Assembly: GCA_964016885.1 (NCBI GenBank)
Contig: OZ024762.1
Span: 4,588,001-4,652,000, forward strand
Reading direction: 5' to 3'
DNA from: Eledone cirrhosa
Lineage: Eukaryota
DNA: 64,000 nucleotides
This document shows positions 14,687-30,030 of the stretch, piece after piece (positions within the stretch are counted from its first letter, which is position 1; each line of letters begins with the position of its first letter). The position numbers were made by a program, and so were the translations under genes. Below the pieces are notes generated by a model, which was not told the origin of the DNA, made no database searches, and saw only the letters and a program-made list of their open reading frames with translations.

Positions 14687-14828
14687 AGAGGAAGACCAAG
14701 GTTAACGTATGTTGATGCCCTAAGGACAGACACTGGTCTGTTGGAGATGCAGGACATGGCAGCGATAATGAGGGACAGAGACCGCTGGAGAGAACTCGTC
14801 CATGGATCTCGGGAATTTTACCTGCCTT

Positions 14829-14830
<2 letters not shown>
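14687..14830 (+). mobile_element. RTE-clade LINE 3' end fragment
   Basis: Translates RGRPRLTYVDALRTDTGLLEMQDMAAIMRDRDRWRELVHGSREFYLP*, the RGRP...DR..W C-terminal signature. Confidence 0.8.
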
Positions 14831-14862
<32 letters not shown>

Positions 14863-15261
14863 TAAATCTTGTCCTTAGAATTATTAGATAAAATATATAC
14901 CAATTCCTGCATGATTTATGATATATTGCTCTGATTATTTAATTTTTTAATTCTTCATTGAGCCACATCGTGACCGGTTGCCACATATATATCTCTGACT
15001 TTATGTATATGTAAATCTTTATATTTTATATATATATATATATATATTGTTATACTTGGGGAGGGTCATATTGTTGTAATAATATTGCCAGAAATAATAA
15101 CAGAACACACTCACTGTTTGGATTGTTTTCGCTTCTGTATCTTTTATATCTCCATAGTCAATTTATTTGGCAATCAACGTTTATCATTGAATGATGATGT
15201 TGCAGATGTGCAACGAAAGAACTTTGTTAGACTATATATATATATATATTTATATCTGTAT

Positions 15262-15597
<336 letters not shown>

Positions 15598-16272
15598 TGA
15601 GCGAAGACAACGGAAAAACGGACGAAACACAGAACAGTCCCTTTTCACTAGTCGACCTCTGGAGGTGCCCCTTGTCTTCACCCATCTTTTTTTAATTCAC
15701 TTTATAAGACCTTAGTCGCGTGAGACATTCTTTCGTGTGTGTGTGTAGAGATATTTATTACACTAAATATGCTGACATTTCAGATACAGATGTATCATTG
15801 TGTGCCTCTTTCAGATATTTCTGAAGCAGGCCCAAATCCATCAGCTTTTGTTGACAACAGAAATATCTCAAAGAGGGCCCCAATGCGGCATGTATACTTG
15901 AAACGATACAATAATTAGTGTAATAAATATCTGTATGACACAACTGGTCCCACAGACTGAATCTTCTTTCAGTTTTCAGATGTTCTTTACCAAATTACAC
16001 TGGTATTTAGGGACATGCATGCCCTAATCTAATATTTGTTTCCTGGGAAGATTTTGTGATATGTGATTTCAATGTGTTGATTTAATTAATTAGTTAATTA
16101 ATCCCACTCAATATTGATTTTTGCAATTACATTTCGTGAAATCGCAACGGACGTACAAATTAATTAAAGAATTTGAATTAGTTATAATCTTTATTTTTTA
16201 CACACTTCAACAGCATGCAAATAAATATTGCCTGTGCAGGTAATCAAAGTGTGTATGCATCTTTTGGAACAC

Positions 16273-16410
<138 letters not shown>

Positions 16411-16729
16411 TGTGAGTGTGTGTGGCCAGGTGTTTAGTACTTCAGTGCACTCTTCAAACTATATAATATATATACGTGTGTGTTTGTGAAACCTATCTAC
16501 ATGATCCATCTATATATCTATCTATATATCTATCTATATATATCTGTCTGTGTCTGAAGACTACTGACTAGATGAGATGTAGCTCCGCTGATATTCCTAA
16601 TATGAAGCGATGCGTTCGCTACGAAAATGGTAGAAGTGTTACACGCCCAAAGTTAATCATTCTTACTGGCACCAAAGACTTCGATAAATGCATCACAACC
16701 GCCTTTCTTTTCTTCAGACAACCACCACC

Positions 16730-16999
16730 TCTCTCTCTATATATATCTATATATATATATATATATATATATACATCTGTGTCTGCGTGTGTGTATATAT
16801 ATGTTTTCTCTTATTCAAAGTATATGTATATCTATAAAAATATATATTCAATGTATGCATGTCTGTATACACAAAAACACGCTCATACACACACATGTAT
16901 ATATATATATATATACATATGTATATATATATATATACATATGTATATATACATACACATATGTATATATACATACACATATGTATATATACATATATA

Positions 17000-17045
<46 letters not shown>

Positions 17046-17068
17046 CACATATGTATATATACATACAC

Positions 17069-17121
<53 letters not shown>

Positions 17122-17138
17122 CATACACATATGTATAT

Positions 17139-17169
<31 letters not shown>

Positions 17170-17285
17170 CATATGTATATATACATACACATATGTATAT
17201 GTACATATATATATATATATACATATGTATATATACATACAGTTATATATATATACATACATATATATATATATACATACATATA

Positions 17286-17324
<39 letters not shown>

Positions 17325-17561
17325 GCATATATATATATATACATATGTATATATATATATGTATGTATATATACATATGTATATATATATACATATGTAT
17401 ATATATATACATATGTATATATATATACATATGTACATATACATATGTATATATATATAAACATATGTATATATACATATGTATATATATATAAACATAT
17501 GTATATATACATATGTATATATATATATACCTATGCATATATACATATATATATATACGTA

Positions 17562-17593
<32 letters not shown>

Positions 17594-17594
17594 C

Positions 17595-17626
<32 letters not shown>

Positions 17627-17796
17627 GTATATATTTTAATTTATGCGCCAACCAATGTAAACAAAATTATGACGTATTAAAACAAACTTTTCTTTACTAG
17701 TATTGAATGTATTTTCAAATAAAATTCGTTTGAATGTTCTAGCTTTTTCTTTTCATACCGAGTATTAGAGATTATTGACCCGACCACGTACATATG

Positions 17797-17835
<39 letters not shown>

Positions 17836-17857
17836 ATATACATATACATATGTACAT

Positions 17858-17907
<50 letters not shown>

Positions 17908-17913
17908 GTATAT

Positions 17914-17944
<31 letters not shown>

Positions 17945-18054
17945 CACATATGTATATATACATACATATATATGCACATATATATGCACATATATATATA
18001 CATATATATGTGCATATATATATATATACATATACATATATATATACATATATA

Positions 18055-18102
<48 letters not shown>

Positions 18103-18670
18103 TGTATATACATATATACATATATGTATATACATATATATATACATATATGTATATACATATATATATACATATATGTATATACATATATGTATATACA
18201 TATATATATACATATATGTATATACATATATATATACATATATGTATATACATATATATATATTGTTATACTTTGGGAGGGTCATGTTGCCAATAAGAAT
18301 ATTGGCAACATGACCCTCCCAAAGTATAACAATATCGGTTTCAACACACGATTTCAGATAAAGAATCTTGCTAAACAAATTCAGAAACGACATATATATA
18401 TACATATATGTATATACATATATATATACATATATGTATATACATATATATATACATATATGTATATACATATATATATACATATATATATATAGATATA
18501 CATATATATACATATACATATATATACATATACATATATATACATATATATATATATACATATATATACATATATATACATATATATACATATATATATA
18601 TACATATATATACATATATATATATACATATATATATTCTAATCGTTATACATATATATACATATATATA
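16730..18670. repeat. Very long compound (TA)n/(TACA)n microsatellite field
   Basis: Direct inspection; comparable fields at 3940-5740, 44330-45620 and 61760-63340. Confidence 0.95.
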
Positions 18671-19083
18671 TATGTGTATGTCTCTCTCTCTCTCTCTCTC
18701 TCTCTCCTTACCTTTTTAAACACTCACACGTATTTACCTCAGTCGCTCTAACCTCAACTCTCCCACCACCACCACTTTTCTTTACGTAACCCTCTCCTCT
18801 ACGCCCCATTCCCCCCCCCCCTTCCTTCATTGCCCACAACCCCTCACCCCTCCACCACCACCACCACCACACCGACCTACCCTTTGTTTCAACGCCTGTT
18901 GCAACTGGTTAGTTGCACGCACATCGTTCCAGCCACAATACCGTTGTGAGCTGGTAACCGGATATCTATACTCACACGTGATCTCTCTCACTTTGGTATT
19001 CGGCAACCATTTTGGCATTCTATAACTTACAGAGTATTTAAGGTGTGTATGTATATGACGGTGTTTATCTGTACGCACATCAT

Positions 19084-19192
<109 letters not shown>

Positions 19193-19534
19193 TTGTGTGT
19201 GTGTGCGTGCGATATGTAAGGAATATTTCTTACAGTATATCAATACACACAACGTCCTACAGACAGTTTGGTAGCTCAAGTATGTGTGTGTAATACATAT
19301 ATATATATAAATGTGTGTGTGTGTGTGTGTGTGTAGGGGGTGGTGGCTGTGTCTGTGTGGGGGGTGGTGGCTGTCTGTGGGGGGGGGGGGGGGGCTGTGT
19401 CTGTGTGTGTGTGTGTGTGTGTATACATATATATGTACGTATATATATATATATATATGCGTGCGTGTTTGCATATATAACTATGATAGGTTTCGGTCAG
19501 TATTGGCCCAGGCCATGTCTAACTTAATAGCACC

Positions 19535-19574
<40 letters not shown>

Positions 19575-19675
19575 CTGTTTAGTCCAGGTGGGTAGGACAG
19601 AATCGAAGAATCGTTTTGAGGCCCCGGTGAGTGTGATGGGAGGAAGTGTGGTGGGTATTATAAATATATATATAA

Positions 19676-19709
<34 letters not shown>

Positions 19710-19862
19710 GTATGTATGTATATATATGTATGTATATGTATGTATGTATATGTATGTATGTATGTGTGTATGTATGTATGTATGTATGTATGTATGTATG
19801 TATGTATGTATGTATGTATGTATGTATGTATGTATGTATGTATGTATGTATGTATGTATTTG

Positions 19863-20472
19863 TGTCAGGTCACCAGTTGGTGCTACTGGTAACATCTATC
19901 CCAGTACAACCTGTCTCATGGTCGGGTCGTTGGCGACTAAACTGGCAACCCCACCAAGGTTTCTTGGCGAGGAGGGTGACTTTGGACATCCTGCAGGACT
20001 AAAAACAAAACCTGTCAAAAGGCAAAGGGGCTCTTAAGAGTCAATAGCCATCCAAAATCACTGGGAGAAATGACCCCTTAGCCTTTGTCAAGGCAGAATT
20101 CTAGGAGAAGGAAAACTCTGATATAACACCTGCAACCCTGATGGTATCCAATGATGTTGACTTGTTCTTCTTTTTGGTAAATATCATCTTGGTTAAGAGA
20201 GTGGGACTGGCTTTGTGCAGTGCCTTTGCTCACTATAAAAGCTTCACGGCACAGGCATTGCTTTATATCTGGAGATCTCTCTGCACTCGTCGTCACATGG
20301 TACCATGGGCCCAGCACTATGTGTCAATAATTGTCACAAGTGTAGTGTTTGTACCAGAGTTTTCAAGTCGCTGGCTGGACTAAAAAGTCACACTCGTTCA
20401 GCGCATCGGTAGGGGTTCTCCTACATGGATATAAAGTAGTGGCCATACTCGAAAACGAGTTGGCAGCCACCA
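19863..20472 (+). mobile_element. Bipartite non-autonomous RTE-derived retroelement (~610 bp), copy 1
   Basis: LINE 5'UTR-like part joined to an RTE ORF2 C-terminal C2H2 finger (CSVCTRVFKSLAGLKSHTRSAHR*), 3' hairpin CTCG-AAAA-CGAG and (ATGT)n tail. Confidence 0.8.
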
Positions 20473-20530
20473 TGTATGTATGTATGTATGTATGTATGTA
20501 TGTATGTATGTATGTATGTATGTATGTATG

Positions 20531-20562
<32 letters not shown>

Positions 20563-20641
20563 TATATATATATATATGACCTTATGGGTGAGTACGCAGG
20601 TACAATTTTAGAGTAACAAGGTTTAACATTAGTCGTAATGA

Positions 20642-20679
<38 letters not shown>

Positions 20680-21199
20680 AAATATATACATATTATATAT
20701 AACATATATATATATGCAAAAGGTTAACGGAGACAAAAAATCAAACGCACAGTACAATGAAGAAATATATTAATTCAACGCTTGATATAGTAGGGAAAGT
20801 GTCTTGACGTTTCGGACGAAGATAGAATGAGAAATAAAAGATTGAATATAAAGATAGAGGGTGGGAAGAGCAAGGAACGAAATACTCATCTTAATCTCTC
20901 TCTATATATATATATAAATTAAGGTCATGTCGTCAAAATGGGTGGCAATAAAATTTCAAATGTCCTCACCAATGAAGGAGAAGCGTAGGAAGACTATGGC
21001 TGATGCAGAAGAATAAACCCAAAGCCATTTGGAAAGTGACAAATATTCCTCTAGAAATATTTGAAAAATCTGAGTTAAAAAATGGGGGTTAACTTGCTAT
21101 AAATCATTGAAAATTATTTAATAAGCAGTCTTATATATATATGTATTAAACTGTATTCCTAGACAATATGTAAAGAAAATAAACCGAATACTCTGATGG

Positions 21200-21673
21200 C
21201 TAGATAATCTTTAAGATTTTCCTCGATGAAGCAGGAAAAATGCAGGTTTTCACTTAATGCGGGCCCTAGGGAATCAAGAAAATGAATTTTTTTTATGTGC
21301 ATAATATGCCTTGAAATTTCGGGAAAATCGGCTAGACGTAACGCCTCAAAAAAGCCCTAAAAAGCTGAAAAAATGAAGTTTTTCACCTCATACCTAGGCC
21401 ATAACAAAAGTTGGATTTTCTTTGCTCACGGTATGAAGAAGAGACTGACTAATACATAGTTACAATTTCGGGAAAATCAGCTAGACGTAACGCCTCAAAA
21501 AAACCCTAAAATGCTGAAAAAAAAACGTTGAATTTATGTGCATAACACTCCCTGAAACATAAGTAATACACATGTAATGTTTGAAAAAAATCGGATGGGT
21601 ACTTCTCAAGTTTTAGGGATTCAAACTCACAGACACACACACACACACACACACACAGTTTTATATATATAGA
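21200..21673 (+). mobile_element. Possible Helentron/INE-1-like non-autonomous element remnant
   Basis: Internal ~55-bp direct repeat (AATTTCGGGAAAATC.GCTAGACGTAACGCCTCAAAAAA) and a (CA)n-TTTTATATATATAGAT terminus. Confidence 0.4.
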
Positions 21674-21864
21674 TAAAGGATATTTTAATGTTACCTAATT
21701 GCATTAAAATTGAAACGAACGTAGAAGTTTATGAAATAATTTGACGTATCTTCTTTGGTTTTTCACTTTAATTAGAATTATTATGCTCTGTATTTTCCCA
21801 TAAGCATTCATACATTGAGCTTTCTGGCATTTGGTAAAGAACGAGTGATATACCCACTCCTATA

Positions 21865-21919
<55 letters not shown>

Positions 21920-22033
21920 GTACATGCGTATATGTTTTTGAGTGTGTTTGATTTACAAGTTCTTATGCGTTGCTGGTATGGTCACCCACCTCTCTTCTCC
22001 CCATATCTAATTATTCTTACCTGTCTGACATTA

Positions 22034-22120
<87 letters not shown>

Positions 22121-22699
22121 CTATCTACCTTTCTCACCCTCTTTGTCTTTTCCCTCCCACAAAATTCCCGATAGCTCTGCACATTTTCTTTCATCAAGAT
22201 AACCAGCATTAGGCAACAGACATGGCGTCTAAATGAGATAAGGTTGCAGTTATTATCATTATTATCATTATTATTATTATCATCATCATCATCACCATCA
22301 TTATTGTTGTTGTTGATGTTGTTGTTGTGTTGGTGCTACTGTCCTATGTATTGGATTTTGCAATGCTGTTACGTTTTGCTACCACTTAGTCAGGGCCTGA
22401 AGGGCAGCGTCCGTGACCCTTCATTTTTTCATGGCCTCTAAAATCGTTAGGCGGAAGTGTTGAAGTTTCACTCTAACCGGAAATCTAGCCGAATGGCTGG
22501 TGTTGATACCATTAAATTTAGTGTTCGTGTTGATGTTGATATCATTAAATTTAGTATTGGTGTTGGTTGGTGTTGGTTGGTGTTGGTTGATGTTGGTTGG
22601 TGTTGCTGTAGATACTGCAAAAGTTATGGTTGGCGTTGATGATGCAAAAATAGTATTTGTGTTGATAGTGTTAAATTTGGCTCTGTTGCTGTTCAGGGT

Positions 22700-22950
22700 G
22701 AGGCGCGTGGCCTAGTGGTAAGGGTGTGGGACTTACGATCATAATGTCGTGGGATTGATTCTTGGACTTGGTTGTGTGCTGAAAACATTTCATTTCATGT
22801 TGCTCCAGTAGACTTAGCTGAAAATGTGTACCAGCAGTAGCTGCGGGTTTAACCATGCAATGAACTGGTATCCTGTCCAACACGGGGAGTATTGTACTCT
22901 GTCGCTTCACGCCACGGAAATCAGGATAAACCCCGACTTGGTGAGCCTCC
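22700..22950 (+). mobile_element. Other older tRNA-derived SINE remnant (related remnants ~12527-12640, ~26425-26580, ~32360-32650, ~34020-34320, ~35415-35710, ~40055-40320, ~60055-60235)
   Basis: tRNA-like heads (GCGTGGCCTAGTGGTAAG...GGTTCGATTC) without complete cloverleafs. Confidence 0.6.
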
Positions 22951-23317
22951 TATTTTTAGTTGATGCCTGTGGTGGTGCAGTTTAGCCCCAGGCCCAAATG
23001 AAACAAATCTATGATCAAAAGATATTTCAGCTTTGATCATTTTATTTTGTTTTTCTGTCTATCTGGGACCACATTATCCAATATATGAAATATACTCAAT
23101 TGTTGTTTCTAACATTTCCAACGGCCACATATAGGCTCCCCTTTCTAAAAAGGAAAAAAAAATTTGCTCCGTTCTTCCTTTTTCTCACTCTCTACCTTTC
23201 TATTTCGTCTTTTATTTATTATTCTATTTTCTTATGAAGGAGTAGTGCCGAAACGTTAATGCTATTTTCCTGTCTCGTTTGCTTTGTTAATTCTGTTTAC
23301 TTTTTTTTACATATATT

Positions 23318-23348
<31 letters not shown>

Positions 23349-23551
23349 ATTTATATATATATATATGAATTAAGTATTTCCGTAGGAAAGGTAAAGGGAA
23401 AGGGAGTGCTCTATGTAGGCTACAGAGCTTTTTAGTTATGTAATAAAACAACATAAGATAATTAATTCATTTACCAGTGGTTTCTTGAAGACAGATATTT
23501 ATATGTCTTCAGTCGTCAGAACGAATAAAATGGAACGAATAAAATGTGTAC

Positions 23552-23607
<56 letters not shown>

Positions 23608-23816
23608 GTAGACATTACAATACATTACAAACGGGAGGAAACATAATAGTATCACTGATGATGTCACAGGTGTGTGATGAAAGAATTTTGCGTTGGTCAA
23701 TCCATGATAAATATGGATTGCTAGCTAAATTAACTATAGGGACATAAAACATACAGAAGCGAAACCCAATCCAAACCAAAGAGTGAGTGTGCTTTATTAT
23801 TATTTCTGGCAATATT

Positions 23817-24011
23817 GGGCGAGGGCCGGACGCCATGCTTTGACGCATAGAGTTACGGTCCTTTATGATCTGAGTTCAAATCCCGCCGAGGTTAACTTTG
23901 CCTTTCATCCTTACGGGGTCGATAAAATAAAGTACCAGTCACGCACTGGGGTCGATTTAATCGACTTTCCCCTCCCCAAAAATTGCTGGCCTTGTGTCTA
24001 TATAAGAAACA
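23817..24011 (+). mobile_element. SINE insertion with 18-bp target-site duplication, nested in an older repeat
   Basis: ATTATTTCTGGCAATATT at 23799-23816 and 24012-24029; the host repeat also occurs at ~7757-7920 and ~15047-15240. Confidence 0.85.
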
Positions 24012-24391
24012 ATTATTTCTGGCAATATTATAACAATATGACCCTCCCCAAATATGACACCGTCAAATGTGACGGGGTTTATAGGTCTTTGATGACAATA
24101 TTGTACGGTAAAGCTTCTTGAATCCTCGACATTCCTTGACCTTCTGTCACCTTGACCGTCATTTTATTTCAGTTTACATTCATTTCAATTAAATACAATG
24201 TTTGCGTGTATGTTAGTGTGCGTGTCTATGTACACCCACCCCTCTGTACGTGTATGTATGCATGCATATGTGTAAGTATACGTATATGTGTGTCTGCGTA
24301 TGTGGTGTATATGCGTGCATATATATATATATATAGTGGGAGTAAAGGGATGAAGTGAAGATAGGGAGGGGTGTAGGGGAAAGGATATTGT

Positions 24392-24452
<61 letters not shown>

Positions 24453-24679
24453 GTGAGTGTATTTGTATATATAAAGGTAGAGAGAGAGGAGGGAAGAAAG
24501 AGACAAAAGGCGGTAGGGGTTGTGTATATTCGTTTATCTTTTTTCTTCGGAGTTAGCTAACCACCCGCCATGTTTATGTAGAAAGTTGATCCACCCCACC
24601 GCTAGATCGTTGCCACCCGATCACCACCATCACGTACACATCACAAACACTCGTATGTATACACACATACACTGCCAGT

Positions 24680-24712
<33 letters not shown>

Positions 24713-24790
24713 CTTAACTTGCACATTGCCTCTAACCACCGACATCCAAATAAAACTCAAACGCGTTTTAAAACAACAAACTTTAGCTAC

Positions 24791-24836
<46 letters not shown>

Positions 24837-25937
24837 CAGCAGCAGCAGTAGACTACTGGTTGGGGTGGTTTAGGTGATGAGTCGGCGGCGGTGGTGATAG
24901 AAGTAGTGGTGATGGTAGTAGCTGTGGTTTCTAGTTACTCGTGTTTTTAAATATATATAAACATATATATATATATATACATATATATACATATATACAT
25001 ATATATATACATATATATACATATATATACATATATATATACACATACAAACTCCATCTACCCTTTTATATACCCACGCTACTGCATGTGCAATACTCAG
25101 CCTAGCATGCGGTAGATTGATCAGATTTCACCACCATACATTAACCCATACCCCACACACTACACAGCCACATGTCACGGAGCCTCTATGTGGTTGCTAG
25201 AAATAAGCGACAAAATCTTCCTCAAATCACACGCCCCACCCGCCACCTTAAACTAGTACATATTGGATAACGCCGTCGTCATCATCATCATTGTCATTGT
25301 CATCATAATTATCATTATCATCATCATCGTCATCGGTGGATTGGCAGTATCGGTAGAGCGTCGGACAACATGCTTTGCGGCATAGAGTTACGACCCTATT
25401 GCGTTCTGAGTTCAAATCCCGCCGAGGTTAACTTTGCCTTCCATCCTTACGGGGGTCGATAAACTAAAGTACCAGTAATGTACTGGGATCGATTTAATCG
25501 ACTTTCCCTTTCCCCAAAATATTGTTGGCCTTGTGTCTAAATCAGAAACCATTGTCACCATTATCATCATCTCCCCCATCAACATCACCATCATCATCAT
25601 CATCAACATCATCGTGATCCCCACCATCACCAAAATCATCATCATCACCATCATCATCGTGATCCCCACCATCATCATCAAAATGACCACCACCATCACC
25701 ATCACCACCATCACCATCATCAAAATCCTCATCATCATCATCATCACCATCATCCTTCTCAGCCATCATCTGTCCACTATAAATCAACCCACCCCCAACC
25801 CTGTCCTCCAAGCCAGTACCTATTGTTCCTCTCCTCTGGCCCTCTCATCGATATAAGATCTATATAAGATCGATCTTATCCCTTCATCACATCCTTCACT
25901 TTTGCTATTGGATTGTATTTCATTATAAATCTATTTA

Positions 25938-26385
25938 TAAAGTACCAGTAATACACTGGGGTAATTGCTGGCCTTGTGCCTAAAGTAGAAACAATTATTA
26001 TATCTATTTAGGACGATAGATTGGCAGTATCGGTAGAGCGTCAGACACCATGCTTTGCGGCATAGAGTTATGGCCCTTAACGTTCTAAGTGCAAATCCCG
26101 CCGAGGTTTGCTTTGCCTTTCATCCTTACGGGGTCGATAAGATAAAGTACCAGTAATGCACTGGTGATTGCTGGCCTTGTGTCAATTGTAGAAACAATTA
26201 TAAATCTATTGAGAGCGGTGGATTGAGAGAACCAGTAGAGCACTGAACAACATTCACTGTGGTATGTAGTTACGCCCCTTTATCTTCTGAGATTAAATCC
26301 CGCCTTTCATCCTTACGGAGTCAATAAACTAAAGTACCAGTAATGCACTGGTGTCGATTTAATCGACTTTCCCCTCCTCCAAATA
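25938..26385 (+). mobile_element. Three tandem SINE copies/fragments
   Basis: Repeated AAAGTACCAGTAAT cores and B-boxes. Confidence 0.8.
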
Positions 26386-26755
26386 AGAACCCAGTGTAGA
26401 GTCTATTCAATGAGGATTGTGGATGCCAGCGTGGCTGAGTGGTTAAGAAGCTGTCTTCGCAATCGTGAGGTGTTGGGTTCAATCCCGCTATGAGGCAGCT
26501 GGGTCTGCGCCATAACCGTGGGTTGACCCAACACTTTTGGGAGAAGTTGGGTGGACGGAAACTATATAGAAGCCCGTCATCCGATGGATTCTTACCTGTA
26601 ATTTCAAGGTCCAGACTTGTTATATATTATGTCACACAGACTTGGTTTGGAATACTCAGCCACTTTCACCTCAATTGCCGACTGGGACCTTCAGTTGATC
26701 CAGCAACTGAGTGCTCATCGTGGAGACCGACGAAGGACCTGTCAATGAATCAACG

Positions 26756-27400
26756 TTGACCCGGTGACCTCGACCTAAACAACGACAACCACCAAAGACC
26801 CTTCATTCAATCAGGGTTGTCCTGTTGACCTCGACCTAAACAACGACAACCACCAAAGACCCTTCATTCAATCAGGGTTGTCCTGTTGACCTCGACCTAA
26901 ACAACGACAACCACCAAAGACCCTTCATTCAATCAGGGTTGTCCTGTTGACCTCGACCTAAATAACGACAACCACCAAAGACCCTTCATTCAATCAGGGT
27001 TGTCCTGTTGACCTCGACCTAAACAACGACAACCACCAAAGACCCTTCATTCAATCAGGGTTGTCCTGTTGACCTCGACCTAAATAACGACAACCACCAA
27101 AGACCCTTCATTCAATCAGGGTTGACCCGGTGACCTCGACCTAAACAACGACAACCACCAAAGACCCTTCATTCAATCAGGGTTGTCCTGTTGACCTCGA
27201 CCTAAACAACGACAACCACCAAAGACCCTTCATTCAATCAGGGTTGTCCTGTTGACCTCGACCTAAACAACGACAACCACCAAAGACCCTTCATTCAATC
27301 AGGGTTGTCCTGTTGACCTCGACCTAAACAACGACAACCACCAAAGACCCTTCATTCAATCAGGGTTGTCCTGTTGACCTCGACCTAAACAACGACAACC
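26756..27400. repeat. 61-bp minisatellite, ~10.5 nearly identical copies
   Basis: CGACCTAAA recurs at 26771, 26832, 26893 ... 27381. Confidence 0.95.
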
Positions 27401-27978
27401 ATACTGGGCCTTCAAGGCAAACCAAGTGATAATGGTCAAGGACCTGTTGGGAACGGTTGACCTAGGGTTAAACAACAACAGCCTTTGACTACACTACTCC
27501 GCTAATATACCACTACCACCAAACCACTACACTACACCACCACACCACTACCACCACCCCTACTACTGTTGCTGCTATTACCACCACCACCACCACCACC
27601 ACCACTATTACTGCTACTACCACCACCACCACCACTATTACTGCTACTACTACTGCTGCTACTACTACCCCTACTGCTGCTACTACTACTGCTACTACCA
27701 CTACTCCCACTGCTACTACTACCACCACTACTGCCACTACTCCCACTGCTACTACTACCATTACTGCTGCTACTACTACTGCTACTACCACTACTCCTAC
27801 TGCTACTACTAGCACCACTACTACCACTACTCCCACCACCATCACCACCACCACCACCAACACCATCACCACCACCACCACCATCACCACCACCACAATC
27901 AACTTTATCACCACCACCAGAACCCATTATCATCAACATCATTAATGACAACAACTTCTATAACAACAGCAACAGCAC

Positions 27979-28022
<44 letters not shown>

Positions 28023-29629
28023 ACAACAGCACCAGCAACAACAACAACAGCAACAACAGCAACAACAACAACAGCACCACCAACAACAACAGCAACAACA
28101 ACAACAACAGCAACAACAACAACAACAACAGCACCAGAGTCAGCAGCCGACAAGAAGTTAAGAACTGATGCTACCATTTAAAGATGTGCTGTGAAGACGT
28201 GTGCCCACGCTGAGCTGGTTGTGTTTGGTGTGGTTGGTGTGTGTGTGTTTGGTGTGTGTGTGTGTGTGGTTGGTGTGTGTGTGTTTGGTATGTGTGTGTT
28301 TGGTGTGTGTGTGTGTGTGGTTGGTGTGTGTGTGTGGTTGGTTGGTTGGTGTGTGTGTGGTTGGTTGGGGTGTGTGTGGTTGGTGTGTGTGTGTGGTTGG
28401 TGTGTATGTGGTTGTTGGTTGGTGTGTGTGTGGTTGGTTGGTGTGTGGTTGGTGTGTGTGTGTGTGGTTGGTGTGTGTGTGGTTGGTGTGTGTGTGTGTG
28501 GTTGGTGTGTGTGTGTGTGGTTGGTTGGTTGGCGTGTGTGTGTCTGTATAAGTTTGTATGTGCGTATTTGGTGAGTAGTTGGTGTGTGTATGTGTGTGAG
28601 GAGTATTTAGTGTGTGTATATGCGTGAGTGTGTGTGTTTGTGATGGGGTGTGTATGTATAAGGGTGTATGTGTGTGTTTTTATGCATACGTATGTTTGGG
28701 TGTCTTTGCGTACATGTGTGCCTGGATGTATGTATGTGTGTGGCTTCGTATGGTTAGGTTTTGTCTATGTGTGTATGTGCAATTTGTACGTGTGTGTGTA
28801 TGTGTATGTGTGTTTTACCTGTATTATATATTTCCTCTCTCTCTCTCAAGTTAGTTCTCTGCCATTCTACTACCACCACCACCACTACTACCACCACTAC
28901 TACAACCACCACCACTACCACCACTACTACCACCACTACTACTACTACTACCACCACCACCACTACCACCACCACTACCGCTACCACCACTACCTCCACC
29001 ACAACTACTGCCACCGCTACCACCACCACAACCACTTAAACTGTTGCTTTATTATACAGACCCGATACCTGCACCAAGTTACGATGAAACATTATATTAA
29101 TATTACTACTACTACTACTAGTAGTAGTAGTATAGTAATAGTAGTAGTAGTAGTAGTAGTAGTAGTACCACCACCACCACTACTACTAGAACTTCTGTTA
29201 CTACTATCACCAGCACCACTACCACCACTACCACCATCACCACTACTACAACTACTTAGTAACACCACCACTACCACCACCACCACCACCACTACTACTA
29301 AACTTCTACTACTACCATAACTACTACTACTACCACATCACCACACCACCACCACTACCACTACTAAACTTCTACTACTACCATAACTACTACTATTACC
29401 ACCACCACTACCACCACCACCACTACTACTACTTAGCAGCACCAACAGCAGCAGCAAGCAAGTTCCCGGCTAGATGTTCCTGGAAACTCCACCCCTTTTT
29501 TCGGGTTTGCAATTTCACTTACGTTACCTAACACCCTTCAGATTTGAGAAAAGCATAAACACCACACAATCTCTCTCTCTCTCTCTCTCCACCCCCAATC
29601 CCACATAAGTCCGTCACTGCTTCTCCTAT

Positions 29630-30030
29630 ATAAATGTTTATTTATGTAAAAGTTTACTTGTATGAATGTTTACTTGTATGAATGTTTACTTAAATGAATG
29701 TTTACTGTGTAAATGTTTACTATGTAAATGATTAGTTTGTTTACCTCTATAAATGTTTACTTGTATGAATGTTTACTTGTATGAATGTTTACTTGTATGA
29801 ATGTTTACTTAAATGAATGTTTACTGTGTAGATGTTTACTATGTAAATGATTACTTTGTTTACCTCTATAAATGTTTACTTGTATGAATGTTTACTTGTA
29901 TGAATGTTTACTTGTATGAATGTTTACGTGTATGAATGTTTACTTAAATGAATGTTTATTGTGTAAATGTTTACTATGTAAATGATTACTTTGTTTACCT
30001 CTATAAATGTTTACTGTGTAAATGTTTCTT
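29630..30030. repeat. 15-16-bp (AATGTTTACTTGTATG) minisatellite with higher-order structure
   Basis: About 20 TGTTTAC heptamers; a ~120-135-bp block is repeated three times. Confidence 0.9.

Noticed and set aside
15758-15943. 61-aa minus-strand ORF in unique sequence
   Set aside because: No recognisable domain or convincing splice sites.
19863-19960. Possible HDV-like ribozyme at the 5' end of the RTE-derived element
   Set aside because: Has CCAGT/ACTGG and a CTAA after a small hairpin, but I could not build P1 and P1.1 in the required nested order; needs a descriptor search.
20078-20383. 79-80 aa ORFs recurring three times in the window
   Set aside because: Recurrence reflects recent copies of the RTE-derived element, not a conserved gene.
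26425-26500. tRNA-like sequences (also ~22700, ~32370, ~12530)
   Set aside because: A/B boxes without a complete cloverleaf, continuing into SINE bodies; SINE heads rather than tRNA genes.
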